A stretch of 64,000 nt of DNA from Nitrospirota bacterium (GTDB lineage Bacteria > Nitrospirota > Thermodesulfovibrionia > Thermodesulfovibrionales > UBA9159): NCBI GenBank assembly GCA_963699545.1, contig CAVOUE010000006.1:192001-256000 (forward strand), written 5' to 3'. Shown in pieces: positions 22,613 through 33,056 of the stretch. Position 1 is the first letter of the stretch, and each line of letters begins with the position of its first letter. Under the pieces are notes generated by a model, which worked only from the letters and a program-made list of their open reading frames with translations, searched no databases and was not told the DNA's origin. Both the position numbers and the translations under genes were made by a program.

Positions 22613-23149
22613 TCACTTTCTCCGCAGTCTTTTAAGGAACGCTTGATATTTTTCCCCATGTTCTTCTTTTTCCGACCACCGCTTCACTTCTGAAAGGCTC
22701 ACCTTTTGAAGCTTGGCGACCATGAGCGCCTGCTCCAGCGCCTGCGGGTCATTCCAGTGGTAATAAGCCGCCAATCTGTCCTTCACGCTGTCTGTTGGTG
22801 TCAGTAGCACCACCGTGCCAAGCCTTGTCTTCAGCTTCTCTTTGCCCTTGAGTGGTTCACTGCCTACCGCAGCAGGTGGGGAAACAAATTCAATAAAGAA
22901 AGGGCAGTCGCTGCGCATGAAATGGCGTGAACTTTCCTTCCGGAAACCGGCCTCCTCCATGACAGAGGTCACTTTCTTTATAGTCGCATGAGCGACGAAA
23001 TCAAGATCGAAAGACATGTATCTGTTCTTCGTGTAAATGGAAACACAGGCGCCGCCCACAAGGATCGCGTCGATCCCTTTTTCCTGAAGTTTTTCAGATA
23101 TGACCGCAGCCAGTTCCTTAATCCCTATCTGCTTCCAGTCAATGCTCAC
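22613..23149 (-). CDS. nucleotidyltransferase-fold protein (putative TA toxin)
   Basis: AILVGGACVSIY...SFDLDFV Pol-beta-type NTase motif; GTGA overlap with upstream wHTH. Confidence 0.7.
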   Translation of the reverse strand: MSIDWKQIGIKELAAVISEKLQEKGIDAILVGGACVSIYTKNRYMSFDLDFVAHATIKKVTSVMEEAGFRKESSRHFMRSDCPFFIEFVSPPAAVGSEPLKGKEKLKTRLGTVVLLTPTDSVKDRLAAYYHWNDPQALEQALMVAKLQKVSLSEVKRWSEKEEHGEKYQAFLKRLRRK

Positions 23150-23475
23150 AGCGGCTTGCCCGCCCTTCTCGGCCTCGTGCGCCTGCTGTAAAACTTCTCC
23201 CTTTCCTTCTCCGGTATGAATTCGTATGCCCTTGCAATCAGGGCTCTCAACTCCTCCAAAAAAGGATACCTCGGGTTAAGCGTATATATTCTCACCCCGC
23301 CCACAATACGGCTTACCACGATCCCGGCATTTTCGAGCCGCCTCAGCTGCTGCTGAATCTTGTTCACCGGTTCTCCAAAGGTCTTCGCCATACCGGAGGC
23401 GTAGCCTTCTCCGTATACGTGGAGGGTAAAGAGTATCTTTTCGATTGTGATATTGCCGAACATTCCTTCAAGCAT
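23146..23475 (-). CDS. ArsR-like winged-helix DNA-binding protein
   Basis: GYASGMAKTFG..VNKIQQQLRRLENAGIVVSR..GGVRIYTLNPRYPF. Confidence 0.8.
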   Translation of the reverse strand: MLEGMFGNITIEKILFTLHVYGEGYASGMAKTFGEPVNKIQQQLRRLENAGIVVSRIVGGVRIYTLNPRYPFLEELRALIARAYEFIPEKEREKFYSRRTRPRRAGKPL

Positions 23476-23731
23476 CTCCGTCCCCTTTTACCATGTTAGT
23501 TGGTTATACAACCATATCTTATGGTAAGTGATGTCACTTGATTTGTCAAGGGCGAGGGAATCACACCGAAAACCGTGAATTGCAAATCGTGAACAGTACC
23601 TGGTAAGGATCGAGGATGGAGCCAGCGGCCGCATGCTCATCTTGACAGTCCGGATCACGGTGGTATGATTTGATTGAGAGCATAGTCAGAAAGTGAGGCC
23701 TCTATTGATGAGAGGTCCAGGGAGGTGTGTG

Positions 23732-24151
23732 ATGAAAGTCATGAAACCATTTCTGATTGTCTGTCTTGTATCGCTTCTGTTCGCTTCCGCAGCAGTGGCA
23801 GAGGAAAAAACAGGGCAACCAGGGATGCAGGGTCCTGCCACAACCTATCAGGCAAAGTTTCCCGTGACATTACAGGCCGGCGAATACGAGTTGCTTACCG
23901 TTGTTATCGATTTCCCGCCTGGGGCAGGCTTTCCCAATCATATGCATGGAGGACACGTTCTAGCGACCGTTCTCAGCGGTGAGATAACGCTGCGGGAAAA
24001 GGGCACTGAGAGGATAATGAAGACGGGTGAGAGCTGGACCGAGAATCCGGGCGATGTGCATGCGGTCGTCAATGCCGGCGCCACAAATACAAGAGTGGCT
24101 GTCACCGTGTTGCTGCCGAAGGGCGGAAACGTTACCACAATAATCAAATAA
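23732..24151 (+). CDS. exported cupin domain protein
   Basis: Signal peptide; FPPGAGFPNHMH, GESWTE.PGDVH. Confidence 0.85.
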   Translation: MKVMKPFLIVCLVSLLFASAAVAEEKTGQPGMQGPATTYQAKFPVTLQAGEYELLTVVIDFPPGAGFPNHMHGGHVLATVLSGEITLREKGTERIMKTGESWTENPGDVHAVVNAGATNTRVAVTVLLPKGGNVTTIIK

Positions 24152-24232
24152 CAATCTACTGAGAACGGGCGTCACAAATACTCCGCAGCCTATCCTTGCG
24201 AGCCGGGGTATTCCTTCGCCTTCGCCCTCTCG

Positions 24233-24712
24233 TCATCGGCCATCCTTCTTTCCGAGCATGCGAGGCCAGTTCTCGTCAGCCTTGCGGATATACTCGTTCA
24301 TGTCCTTCTCCCACAGTTTCTGGACTTCCTTGTTGAGGTTCAGATACAGCCTTCCCTCAAAGATGGTCCACGCATCAGGGTCGATATCAGCGGTCTTCCC
24401 CTGGCTCACCGCATAGGCGCAGTATCCTCCGTATTTGGGGGAGTATTTCTCAGGGTCTGTCCTGAACAGGTCGCGGTGCGCAGCGCTCGCAAAGCGCCAT
24501 TTCGCCCCGTTCCAGAGATATTCGAATTCGGCACTGCCCTGCGCAGGTCTTTTGTCGGTGAAATAGGAAAGAGGGTCGTAGCCTTTTATCGCCACTCCAT
24601 CGGGCGTGACATTGACAGGGGACAGAGGTGAAGCTCTTGCACAGGCGAGAAGGACGCTCAGCACGAGCACCGCGAGTGGAATGCCTCTTATCCGGCAATC
24701 CTTGCGCATCAC
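24233..24712 (-). CDS. YHS-domain protein (Cys form)
   Basis: AIKGYDPLSYF, WRFASAAHRDLF, PKYGGYCAYAV, GRLYLN. Confidence 0.88.
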   Translation of the reverse strand: MMRKDCRIRGIPLAVLVLSVLLACARASPLSPVNVTPDGVAIKGYDPLSYFTDKRPAQGSAEFEYLWNGAKWRFASAAHRDLFRTDPEKYSPKYGGYCAYAVSQGKTADIDPDAWTIFEGRLYLNLNKEVQKLWEKDMNEYIRKADENWPRMLGKKDGR

Positions 24713-24728
24713 CCTCCCCCAGAGTCCA

Positions 24729-25115
24729 TTATTTCTTCAGGTAGGTGATGAGCGAAAGCACCGCCCCCTGCGGATCGTGAAAGACACAAAAACGGCCTAC
24801 CTCCGGTATGTCCGTGGGCGGCACCATGATCCGTCCGCCAAGCTCCTGGACCTTTTTTGCCGCGGCATCCACATTGTCTACGGTCACATATACTCCCCAG
24901 TGAGGCGGTATTCCACCCGGCTCGGGAGGTATGTTCATGATGCCCCCGACCTCTTCGCCGCCCGCATTGATCACCCAGTAGGACATGCCTTCCATAGGGA
25001 ACTCGGTGAACTTCCAGCCCAGCAGCTGTTCATAGAACTTCCGTGCGCCCGCGCTGTCGATGGTCATCAACTCATTCCAGCTGAACATCCCGTGCTTCAG
25101 TAACCGCTCTTCCAT
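24729..25115 (-). CDS. VOC/glyoxalase family protein
   Basis: FSWNELMT, FYEQLLGW, VGRFCVFHDPQGA. Confidence 0.9.
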   Translation of the reverse strand: MEERLLKHGMFSWNELMTIDSAGARKFYEQLLGWKFTEFPMEGMSYWVINAGGEEVGGIMNIPPEPGGIPPHWGVYVTVDNVDAAAKKVQELGGRIMVPPTDIPEVGRFCVFHDPQGAVLSLITYLKK

Positions 25116-25240
25116 GACTCCTCCTTGCCCTGACATAGATCTCAATGTTTCTTCACACACATCTTATCAGGACTGCCGAACTTTTCAAGGCAGGATGCCG
25201 GGTCATCGCGCAGTTCACTCTTTTCGTGTATCATAAAACT

Positions 25241-25693
25241 ATGAAGATGGTGTTCTCCGGTGTATTGCTTATATTTCTCGCAGCGGGGCTTACGGATGCC
25301 TTCCCTGCCACCTGCACGCCCACGGAACCTGACATGCTCGGGCCATTCTACAAGCCGGATGCGCCGGTGAGGCCGGGCGTAGGCAGGGGATACGTGCTTT
25401 CGGGCACTGTTCAGTCAGCAAAGGAGTGCAGTTCTCTGGAAGGGGCAAAGGTCGAGTTCTGGCTTGCCGGACCTGACGGCGAGTACGCGGACAGCTACCG
25501 GGCAACGGTCTTCTCGGATAAAACAGGCGCGTATCGCTTTGAAAGCCATTTCCCTCCGCCCTACTACGGAAGGCCGTCTCACATCCACATCAAAGTCAGT
25601 GCTCCGGGCTTTAAGACCCTTGTCACCCAGCACTACCCTGCCAGGGGCCGGACACAGGGGACATTCGACCTCGTGCTTGTGCCGGAGCAATAG
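25241..25693 (+). CDS. intradiol ring-cleavage dioxygenase-like exported protein
   Basis: GPFY, GEY, YYGRPSHIHIKV, LVTQ. Confidence 0.85.
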   Translation: MKMVFSGVLLIFLAAGLTDAFPATCTPTEPDMLGPFYKPDAPVRPGVGRGYVLSGTVQSAKECSSLEGAKVEFWLAGPDGEYADSYRATVFSDKTGAYRFESHFPPPYYGRPSHIHIKVSAPGFKTLVTQHYPARGRTQGTFDLVLVPEQ

Positions 25694-25833
25694 CACCGGC
25701 GAAGACCACGTCAAGGGATCTGTCGCTGGCGGTCTTAAGGCGCTGGCCTCTCCCAAAATCCCGTGAGAGGCGCTCAGGCGAGGCAATGGTCTAGCAATAT
25801 TTATGAGACGTGATATAATTTGCAATTAAGAAG

Positions 25834-26094
25834 GTGAGATCTGTGGACTTCTCCGGGATAAAAGACGGCATCATATCCTTTTCCATGGACAATCCCATCA
25901 TTGCCCTTGTTGCCGGGCTTCTGCTCCTTTTCCTGCTCGTTCGAAAACCCAAGCTTGTTTTTGGCCTCCTCGGCCTTGTCTTGATCCTGACACTGGCGAT
26001 CTATTTCATCATGGACGTCGCCTCCCTCGGAAAAACAGAGAAAAGCAAAATGATTGAAAAAGGAGTTCATCCCGGGACGGACCCCGTACACTGA
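25834..26094 (+). CDS. small membrane protein
   Basis: Two hydrophobic helices. Confidence 0.6.
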   Translation: MRSVDFSGIKDGIISFSMDNPIIALVAGLLLLFLLVRKPKLVFGLLGLVLILTLAIYFIMDVASLGKTEKSKMIEKGVHPGTDPVH

Positions 26095-26185
26095 CCTCCG
26101 GACCGGCGGCCCTCCTGATTCAAAGAGAGCACAACGCGCCAGCGCTTTGCAGGAACGAGAATATTTCTGCCTCATTCAATGTCTG

Positions 26186-26611
26186 TCAATAGCCCGGTCT
26201 TGAGATTGAGAAATAGATCTTCCCGCCACGGGCAAAAAGACTTATTTCCGTAAACTGGGCGGCGGATCTCTGGGCAGAGGTGAGAAGATACCCCACTATT
26301 TTGCCGTTGAAATGTACGCTCTTGATCGAAAGGGTATAGTCGGGTTTTTCTGCCTCCAGAAAGACCAGCGCCTCCTGGGCGGTACTCTTGGCTGTGGCTA
26401 TCTGGAGGGAATAGGGAACAACCTCCACATCGCTATCAGGACTTCTCAGAAAGATGACCCGCAGTTTCTCGCCCGCATCCGAGCGGAACATATAGGCGGT
26501 GTAGGCGGCTTCGGGAACAGAACTCATGCTGTCCAGGGTTGCCGTACTCATCACCTGGGCACAACCTGCACCAAGCAGCAGAGCGAGGAAGAGAACCTTC
26601 AGGGACTTCAT
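26186..26611 (-). CDS. hypothetical lipoprotein
   Basis: Lipobox LGAGC; SD AAGGGAGG. Confidence 0.7.
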   Translation of the reverse strand: MKSLKVLFLALLLGAGCAQVMSTATLDSMSSVPEAAYTAYMFRSDAGEKLRVIFLRSPDSDVEVVPYSLQIATAKSTAQEALVFLEAEKPDYTLSIKSVHFNGKIVGYLLTSAQRSAAQFTEISLFARGGKIYFSISRPGY

Positions 26612-26797
26612 TGATTTTCCTCCCTTTCACGTCTCATGGTTTCAGTTTACCGCGAAAAATAATTATTGTCAAAAAGCCGCCTCAACCCCGCCCTTCCCTT
26701 TGCCCCTTTTTCCCGGGAATTTCCCGTTTATTGCTTTTCCCCGAAGCGATTGGTTACATTGAAAGAGGAATTATCCATTGCTGTGAGGAGGTCTGAA

Positions 26798-27373
26798 ATG
26801 AGGGTAGTGGCATTTAACGGCAGCGCAAGAAAGGACGGCAATACCGCGATTCTTCTGAACACTGTGCTGGACGAGCTGAAGAAGGAGGGCATCGAAACCG
26901 AGCTGGTTCAACTGGCAGGGAAGTCCCTCCAGGGCTGTATCGCCTGCTACAAGTGTTTCGAAAACAAGAACCACAAATGTGCCGTGGAAAAGGACGAGAT
27001 GAACACACACATCGGGAAAATGCTCGAGGCAGACGGCATCCTCCTCGGCTCCCCGACATATTTCTCCGATGTGGCAGCGAACATGAAGGCCCTCATCGAA
27101 CGCTGCGGTATGGTCGCCCGTGCAAACGGAGACATGTTCAGGAGAAAAGCAGGTGCAGGAGTGGTCGCGGTCCGGCGAGCCGGCGCCACCCATGTCCTCA
27201 GCTCTCTCAACTATTTCTTCCTCATAGGCCAGATGATAATCCCGGGTTCGACCTACTGGAATCTCGGCATCGGGAGAGAGCCGGGAGAGGTGAAGAGCGA
27301 TACTGAGGGGATGCAGACCATGGTCGACCTCGGGAGGAACATGGCCTGGCTCATCAAGAAGATCAGCGCCTGA
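26798..27373 (+). CDS. iron-sulfur flavoprotein / flavodoxin family (NADPH-dependent FMN reductase-like)
   Basis: FNGSARKDGNT, CIACYKC...C, LGSPTYF. Confidence 0.9.
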   Translation: MRVVAFNGSARKDGNTAILLNTVLDELKKEGIETELVQLAGKSLQGCIACYKCFENKNHKCAVEKDEMNTHIGKMLEADGILLGSPTYFSDVAANMKALIERCGMVARANGDMFRRKAGAGVVAVRRAGATHVLSSLNYFFLIGQMIIPGSTYWNLGIGREPGEVKSDTEGMQTMVDLGRNMAWLIKKISA

Positions 27374-27400
27374 GGGATGGAATCAGGAAACCGACGGAAC

Positions 27401-27438
27401 GTTGCCTGCGGCCCGCGACAGCGGGGCCGCAGGCAACA
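27401..27438. terminator. GC-rich hairpin between convergent genes
   Basis: GTTGCCTGCGGCCC...GGGCCGCAGGCAAC. Confidence 0.65.
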
Positions 27439-27443
27439 CCCGA

Positions 27444-27602
27444 CTACCCCTCACAGCACAGGCGTCTCATTCTCTTCTTCCCATTGGGAGAAACGGCAAG
27501 GACAACTTCAACCTTTTTCCCGCAGTTGCTGCAGAAACTTGCCTTGTTCTTTGACTCCATACGTGCCGCCACGTCGGTCTTTGACTTTTTTACCTCTGCC
27601 AT
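27444..27602 (-). CDS. 52-aa basic Cys-rich (zinc-ribbon-like) small protein (not in ORF track)
   Basis: MAEVKKSKTDVAARMESKNKASFCSNCGKKVEVVLAVSPNGKKRMRRLCCEG; SD AAAGGAGG; TTGACA (27782-27777) / TAGTAT promoter. Confidence 0.75.
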   Translation of the reverse strand: MAEVKKSKTDVAARMESKNKASFCSNCGKKVEVVLAVSPNGKKRMRRLCCEG

Positions 27603-27978
27603 CTTGTTTCCTCCTTTCGTATCTCAAAATCCTCAGGAAATTTCCCTCTTCCCTTCGCCAGGCGCGCAGCTACCCTGTCAGGGTTCCTCTCTTGATTGGT
27701 ACAGCCACTGCGGGCGGGACGCAACGAATGAGGAAATTTCACAAAACCACTTATACTACATTAGAAATGGCTTATATGTCAAGAACAAGCGGGGAGATCG
27801 CATCCGCATTTCCTGTTCTTCAAGATCCTGACCTGTTCCCCGTACGAACCGACACACATATCCCGCGACAAGGATGTCCCTCCTCTGATCTAAATCATGG
27901 TCGCGGTCTGCTGTTCATGGCATTCTATAATAAACGACAGACCTTAAGAGAGGTCAGGCTATCAGAGAGGCATCGGCG

Positions 27979-28326
27979 ATGAAACAGAGACACCCAAGGA
28001 TAGCGAGGGAAAGCAGAACGATCCATGCCATGATCACGCTATACTGCCGTGATCATCACGGCGATCATGGGACCGCAGGCGCCCTCTGTCCGGACTGCAG
28101 AGAAGTCCTCGATTATGCAGAGCTGCGCCTGGATAAATGCCCCTTTCAGGAGAACAAGACTACGTGCGCACATTGTCCTGTGCACTGTTATACGCCATCC
28201 ATGCGGGAGAAAGTGAAAGCGATCATGCGATATTCAGGCCCGCGCATGACCTTCCGCCATCCGGTCCTTGCCCTTTTCCATCTTCTTGACGGAAGGAAAA
28301 AGCCCCTTTCCAAAGCAAAAGCATAA
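27979..28326 (+). CDS. nitrous oxide-stimulated promoter (YgbA) family protein
   Basis: MITLYC, CPDC, RLDKCPF, CAHCPVHCY, MRYSGPRM. Confidence 0.9.
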   Translation: MKQRHPRIARESRTIHAMITLYCRDHHGDHGTAGALCPDCREVLDYAELRLDKCPFQENKTTCAHCPVHCYTPSMREKVKAIMRYSGPRMTFRHPVLALFHLLDGRKKPLSKAKA

Positions 28327-28377
28327 TCGTCTTCGCCATGCTTATTTCCCGGAAGTGTGATAACATTTACCTGAGAC

Positions 28378-29709
28378 ATGGCGTCCATTAGGGAAAAGAT
28401 CGACGTTTTTTTCATGAGGACCATCCGGAAGGACACCGGATCCCTCGGCAGGTTGAAGGCGTTCCAGGTCAGGTTCCTTCAACTGCTCTATGTGGTCATA
28501 AGGGAGCTTTCAGGGGAGCAACTCCCCCTCAGGGCGATGGGCCTTGTCTATACCACCCTCCTCTCCCTTGTTCCCCTCCTGGCGGTGAGTTTCTCGGTGC
28601 TGAAGGCCTTTGGCGTCCATGCCAGGCTCGAAATTCTCCTCTATTACTTCATGGAACCCCTCGGTCCCCAGGGTACGGACGTTGCAATGAAGGTGATTGA
28701 GTTTGTTGAAAAGGTGAATGTCGGGGTCCTCGGCTCAGTCGGTCTTGCAACCCTCATTTACACCGTAATCTCTCAGGTCCAGAAGATTGAAAGCGCCCTC
28801 AATTCCATCTGGCAGGTGAAAGGAACGCGAAGTTTTGCCATGAGGTTCAGCAACTACATGAGCGTGCTCCTCGTCGGTCCCGTTCTCGTCTTCTCCGCTG
28901 CCGGTTTCACCGCAGCCCTTATGAGCACCGCGTTCGTGCATACGCTGCAGAAGATCGAGCCCTTCGGAATGCTGCTCTCTTATGCGGGCAAACTGCTTCC
29001 TTCTGCTCTCGTGTGTGCGGCCTTTGCTTTTCTCTACTACTCTCTTCCCAACACAAAGGTGCGTTTCGCCTCTGCCCTTGTGGGAGGTATCGTTGCAGGG
29101 CTCTCATGGATAGCCACCGGGCTGGTCTTCACTTCCTTCATCGTATCGTCCGCCCAGTATTCCGCCATCTACTCGGGATTTGCTGTTCTTATCCTCTTCC
29201 TTATCTGGCTTTACTGGAGTTTCCTCATCCTCCTTACGGGAGCCAGCGTATCCTTCCATCATCAGAATCCGCAGTTGATCGCTGCAGAAGGAGAAATGCT
29301 CACCCTAAGCCCGGTCGCTAAAGAAAGGCTCGCCCTCTCCATCATGTATCTGGTCGGTTCCTCCTTCCGTGACGGAACACGACAATGGACGATCGCCGCC
29401 ATGAGTGAGCGCCTCGGGCTGCCGGCAGTGCCTCTTCAGGCTGTTATGAATGCGCTTGAGGAAAGAGGACTCCTTGTCACATCCGGCGACGAGCCGGCAT
29501 ACTATCCTGCCAGGGACCTGGAGATGATCTCCGTGAAAGAGGTGATCGACGCTGTCAGGACAGCCGGGGAAGGCATCGGCACAGAAGAGTCAACCCTCGC
29601 GATTCCGGAGGTGGACGTCATCATGAGGAAGATCGAAGAGGGCATAACGGGTTCCCTTGAAAATGTTACAGTAAAGGCTTTGCTCCTGCCGCACAAAAAG
29701 AATAACTGA
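28378..29709 (+). CDS. YihY/virulence factor BrkB family membrane protein with C-terminal wHTH
   Basis: YTTLLSLVPLL, IESALNSIW, IYSGFAVLILFLIWLY. Confidence 0.9.
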   Translation: MASIREKIDVFFMRTIRKDTGSLGRLKAFQVRFLQLLYVVIRELSGEQLPLRAMGLVYTTLLSLVPLLAVSFSVLKAFGVHARLEILLYYFMEPLGPQGTDVAMKVIEFVEKVNVGVLGSVGLATLIYTVISQVQKIESALNSIWQVKGTRSFAMRFSNYMSVLLVGPVLVFSAAGFTAALMSTAFVHTLQKIEPFGMLLSYAGKLLPSALVCAAFAFLYYSLPNTKVRFASALVGGIVAGLSWIATGLVFTSFIVSSAQYSAIYSGFAVLILFLIWLYWSFLILLTGASVSFHHQNPQLIAAEGEMLTLSPVAKERLALSIMYLVGSSFRDGTRQWTIAAMSERLGLPAVPLQAVMNALEERGLLVTSGDEPAYYPARDLEMISVKEVIDAVRTAGEGIGTEESTLAIPEVDVIMRKIEEGITGSLENVTVKALLLPHKKNN

Positions 29710-29783
29710 ATTCTCGCCGCGCCGCGCACCACTTCATTTGAAGCTCAAAAGACGGCAGCCGTACCGGAACAATCACTCTTTTG

Positions 29784-30239
29784 TTATTGCACCTTCAGTT
29801 CCGAGGTGCAGTGAGCGCAGCGCACCGCCTTCACCGGAATGGCAGACATACAGTAAGGACATTCCTTTGTTGCCGGAGCCGAAGGCGGTACCTCCTCCTG
29901 TCTCCGCAGGTTATTAATGCTTTTCACGACGAGGAAGACCGCGAAGGCCACAATGAGGAAACTGATGATGCTGTTCAGGAAGAGACCGTAGTTCACGCTC
30001 ACCGCTCCCGCTCTCTGCGCGTCGGCAACCGTTGCGTACGGCCCGGCCACTGAACCCTCCTTGATCACAAGGAACAGGTTGGAGAAGTCCACGTTTCCCA
30101 GAAGCAGGCCTATGGGCGGCATGATAATGTCCGAAACCAGCGATTTGACAATAGACCCGAAAGCAGCACCGATGATGATGCCCACTGCCATGTCAACCAC
30201 ATTCCCCTTCATGGCAAATTCCTTGAATTCCTTAAACAC
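29784..30239 (-). CDS. mscL: large-conductance mechanosensitive channel
   Basis: [30 protein letters not shown]-terminal CPYC/CAHC. Confidence 0.95.
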   Translation of the reverse strand: MFKEFKEFAMKGNVVDMAVGIIIGAAFGSIVKSLVSDIIMPPIGLLLGNVDFSNLFLVIKEGSVAGPYATVADAQRAGAVSVNYGLFLNSIISFLIVAFAVFLVVKSINNLRRQEEVPPSAPATKECPYCMSAIPVKAVRCAHCTSELKVQ

Positions 30240-30455
30240 GGGAACCCCCTTTCATTGATCGGTCTGTTTTATCCTATAGTCACGGTATCATATTCTCGGC
30301 CATTTGACAAACAGCGACTGACCTGCCTCATGGGAAGTGTCCGGGGCAGGCTTGAAGGCAGATAAAAATGTGAATTGCTGTTAAAATTACATGGTATGCT
30401 TTAACAGGTTCGTGAACGTGAAATTCTTAACGTAAGAGGTATACTCTCAGCACCG

Positions 30456-32424
30456 ATGAAAAAGATCACTTTGTTCTTTCTGAATCTCGGGTTTCTCCTG
30501 GTCTCGCTCTTCGTCTACCATCTTGTCTTTCTCTTGAAGTATGCTGATTTTAAGGCTTTGGCGGGAGCCGCTTTTCCTCCTGTCCTTCTTGCCGGGCTCA
30601 GGTTCGATCTCGCCACTTCCGCATACGTGCTGATCCCCTTTGCGGCGATGGTGTTCCTTCCCTTTCTCTCAGGTCACAGGACATATCTGCGTGTCCTGGC
30701 GGTTGTGAATGCATGCTGGCTCGTCCTCCTGGACATTTACCTTTTTGTAGATCTGTTTTACTACCCCTTTTCCCTGCGACACCTCAGCTTCGAGCTCTTC
30801 TCCACAAAGGGGGACATCACGTCCATGGTCAAGCTCGGTCTCCTGGAATATCCCCTGGAGTTGGCTGTGTTCACCGTCTTTGTGGTCCTGTTGCTCTTCA
30901 CGTATTTCTCCCTCACCCGCAGAATACTCAGAGATTTTACGCGTTCGGACCACTCCTTCGTCAGAAGACTTATCGCCGATGCAGTTACCATTCTTGTCAT
31001 GACAACCCTTATCGTGGTAATGGCACGAGGCGGCCTCCAGATGAAGCCCCTGAAGTACAGTGATGCGTTCGCCTTTCATTCACCCCTTCTGGGGCAGCTG
31101 GTGCTCAACGGGGTCTATACCACCATGAGGACGTTTTACAGCTTCAGGGAGAACAAGGAGATGAGGGGATGGGAAAGGCGTCGCTCGACCGAGGGAAGAA
31201 GCGATGCGAAGGGGAGCTCAAATGCTCGTATCACCGGAGAGGGAAGAGGTCCCCGACCCGCGGTACCCCCTTTACCGCCACTTCAAGTATAAGGAGTCTG
31301 AATTCAGGCGGTTAAATCTGGTGGTCTTCATCATGGAGAGCTGGTCAAGCAAGTTTGTGGGGGCATTGGGGGGAGAGGACGACGCTATGCCTTATTTCAG
31401 CAGGCTTTCGAAAAAAGGCGTCCTCTTTAAGAACTTCTTTTCCAACGGGCAGCGTTCCACAGAGGCTATCTCAGCGATCCTCACGGCCATTCCCCCTTCC
31501 GGCGGCATGATCCTGTCCCAGAGCGGAGCCTTTTCCCAGATGCCGGTGAAATTTCTGCCGTCCCTATTGAAGGAAAGAGGGTACAAGACCTTTTTCATCC
31601 ACGGGGCAAAACCGGGTTCCATGGGGTTCAACAGTCTGGTGAAACAGACAGGCATCGAGCGGTATATATCAAAGGAAGAGATACTGAAGGAGGGGGGCAG
31701 GGAAGACGGTGTTTGGGGCATATACGACGAAGATACATTCCTTTACGCCCACAGGCTTTTTGATGCACAGAAAGACCCTTTCTTTGCGGTGATCTTTTCC
31801 CTGAGCAGCCATACGCCGTACAAGCTTCCCTCGGACCGTTTTAAGTATTTCGCCCCTGCGAAGCCGTTTCACGATTTCCTCGACTCCCTCCGCTATTCCG
31901 ACTATGCCCTTTCCCGTTTCTTCGATGAGGCGGAAAAGGCCGGCTATTTTCGAAATACGCTTTTTATCATCGTGGGGGATCATACCGAAGGGAAGTCCAC
32001 GGGGAACAATCTGTTCGAGCGGTTTTCAGTACCCTGTCTGATCTATGCCCCCCGGGTTTTACCACCATCGGTGGTGTCGAAGATAGTTGCCCAGACAGAT
32101 CTCGCGCCGACCATTCTGGACATCCTGAAATCCTCGGACTCCCATACATCCTTCGGACAGTCCGCTTTTAATGATCTCCCCGGCGTTGGCTTGTTGTCCT
32201 ATGGAGACGCCGACGTCTTTGTGCGGGAGGGTTGGATGCTCGTGTCCTCGGTCCACGGCCTTACCGACCGGTATCACTTCGGGGCGTCCGCGAAGGACCC
32301 GTCCCCTGAGGACGAAGGAAGGGTGGCGAGACTCGTACGTGAAGAGGACTACTATGTCCAGTTCTTCCATGATCTCATTCTCCGTAACAGGCTTTATCCA
32401 CTCAACGGAAGGGAAAAGCGCTGA
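30456..32424 (+). CDS. LTA synthase-family membrane sulfatase (frameshift near 31170-31200)
   Basis: N-terminal TM helices with GLRFD; FIMESWS, SLSSHTPY, YSDYAL, VGDH. Confidence 0.87.
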
Positions 32425-33029
32425 AACCCTTACTCCTGATCATAAGCTTCATCCTGTTGTCCCCGGGACTTGCCGGAGCCGAAACGGTAAGAACTCTTTC
32501 AGAGAGGAACGAGTTTGGAGGGACAACAAGGGAGATCACGTACGCGCCGGACGAGGAAGGATCCGGAATGTTCGTCAAAATGGTCTCGTATTTCGACGGC
32601 AAGGGGCGACAGGTCAAGCTGGAAAGCTACTATACCGCTTCGTATGCCCTCAAGAACGGCTTCGACAAGATGACAGTGCAGTATGGCAGCAACGAAAAAA
32701 AGTCAACGTTCGAGTACGAGCACACTTCTGACTCTGCAGAAAAAAATGGCGCGAGAAAGACCGTGGTCCATCTGGATGACAATGAAAAAATGATCCGGTC
32801 AGAAAAGTTCTCTACCGAGAAATATATTCATGAAAAAGGGATTGAAAGAGTGACGATCTATTATGATGGGGATGAGAAAGAGACGAAAGTGGAATACTCG
32901 TATACCGGGAAAGCTGCCGATGAGAAAGGGTTTGACAGGACGATCATCCACTTTGACGACAAAGGGAACGAGACGAGGACAGAATACTATAAGGATAAGA
33001 GATTGATTCAAACCTTAACGCCGCAATGA
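32421..33029 (+). CDS. exported protein with YD/beta-hairpin-like repeats
   Basis: Signal peptide KPLLLIISFILLSPGLAGA; repeated YFDGKG/LDDNEK/YDGDEK/FDDKGN. Confidence 0.65.
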   Translation: MKPLLLIISFILLSPGLAGAETVRTLSERNEFGGTTREITYAPDEEGSGMFVKMVSYFDGKGRQVKLESYYTASYALKNGFDKMTVQYGSNEKKSTFEYEHTSDSAEKNGARKTVVHLDDNEKMIRSEKFSTEKYIHEKGIERVTIYYDGDEKETKVEYSYTGKAADEKGFDRTIIHFDDKGNETRTEYYKDKRLIQTLTPQ

Positions 33030-33056
33030 AGATGACAGGGATGGAAGAGACTGCTG

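Noticed and set aside
24233-24712. YHS protein as a selenoprotein
   Set aside because: The GGYCAY codon is TGC, so this is the Cys form
27660-27700. ATCAAGAGAGG in the leader as a SAM-I riboswitch
   Set aside because: The following kink-turn/pseudoknot and GCAACC/GTGC elements are absent
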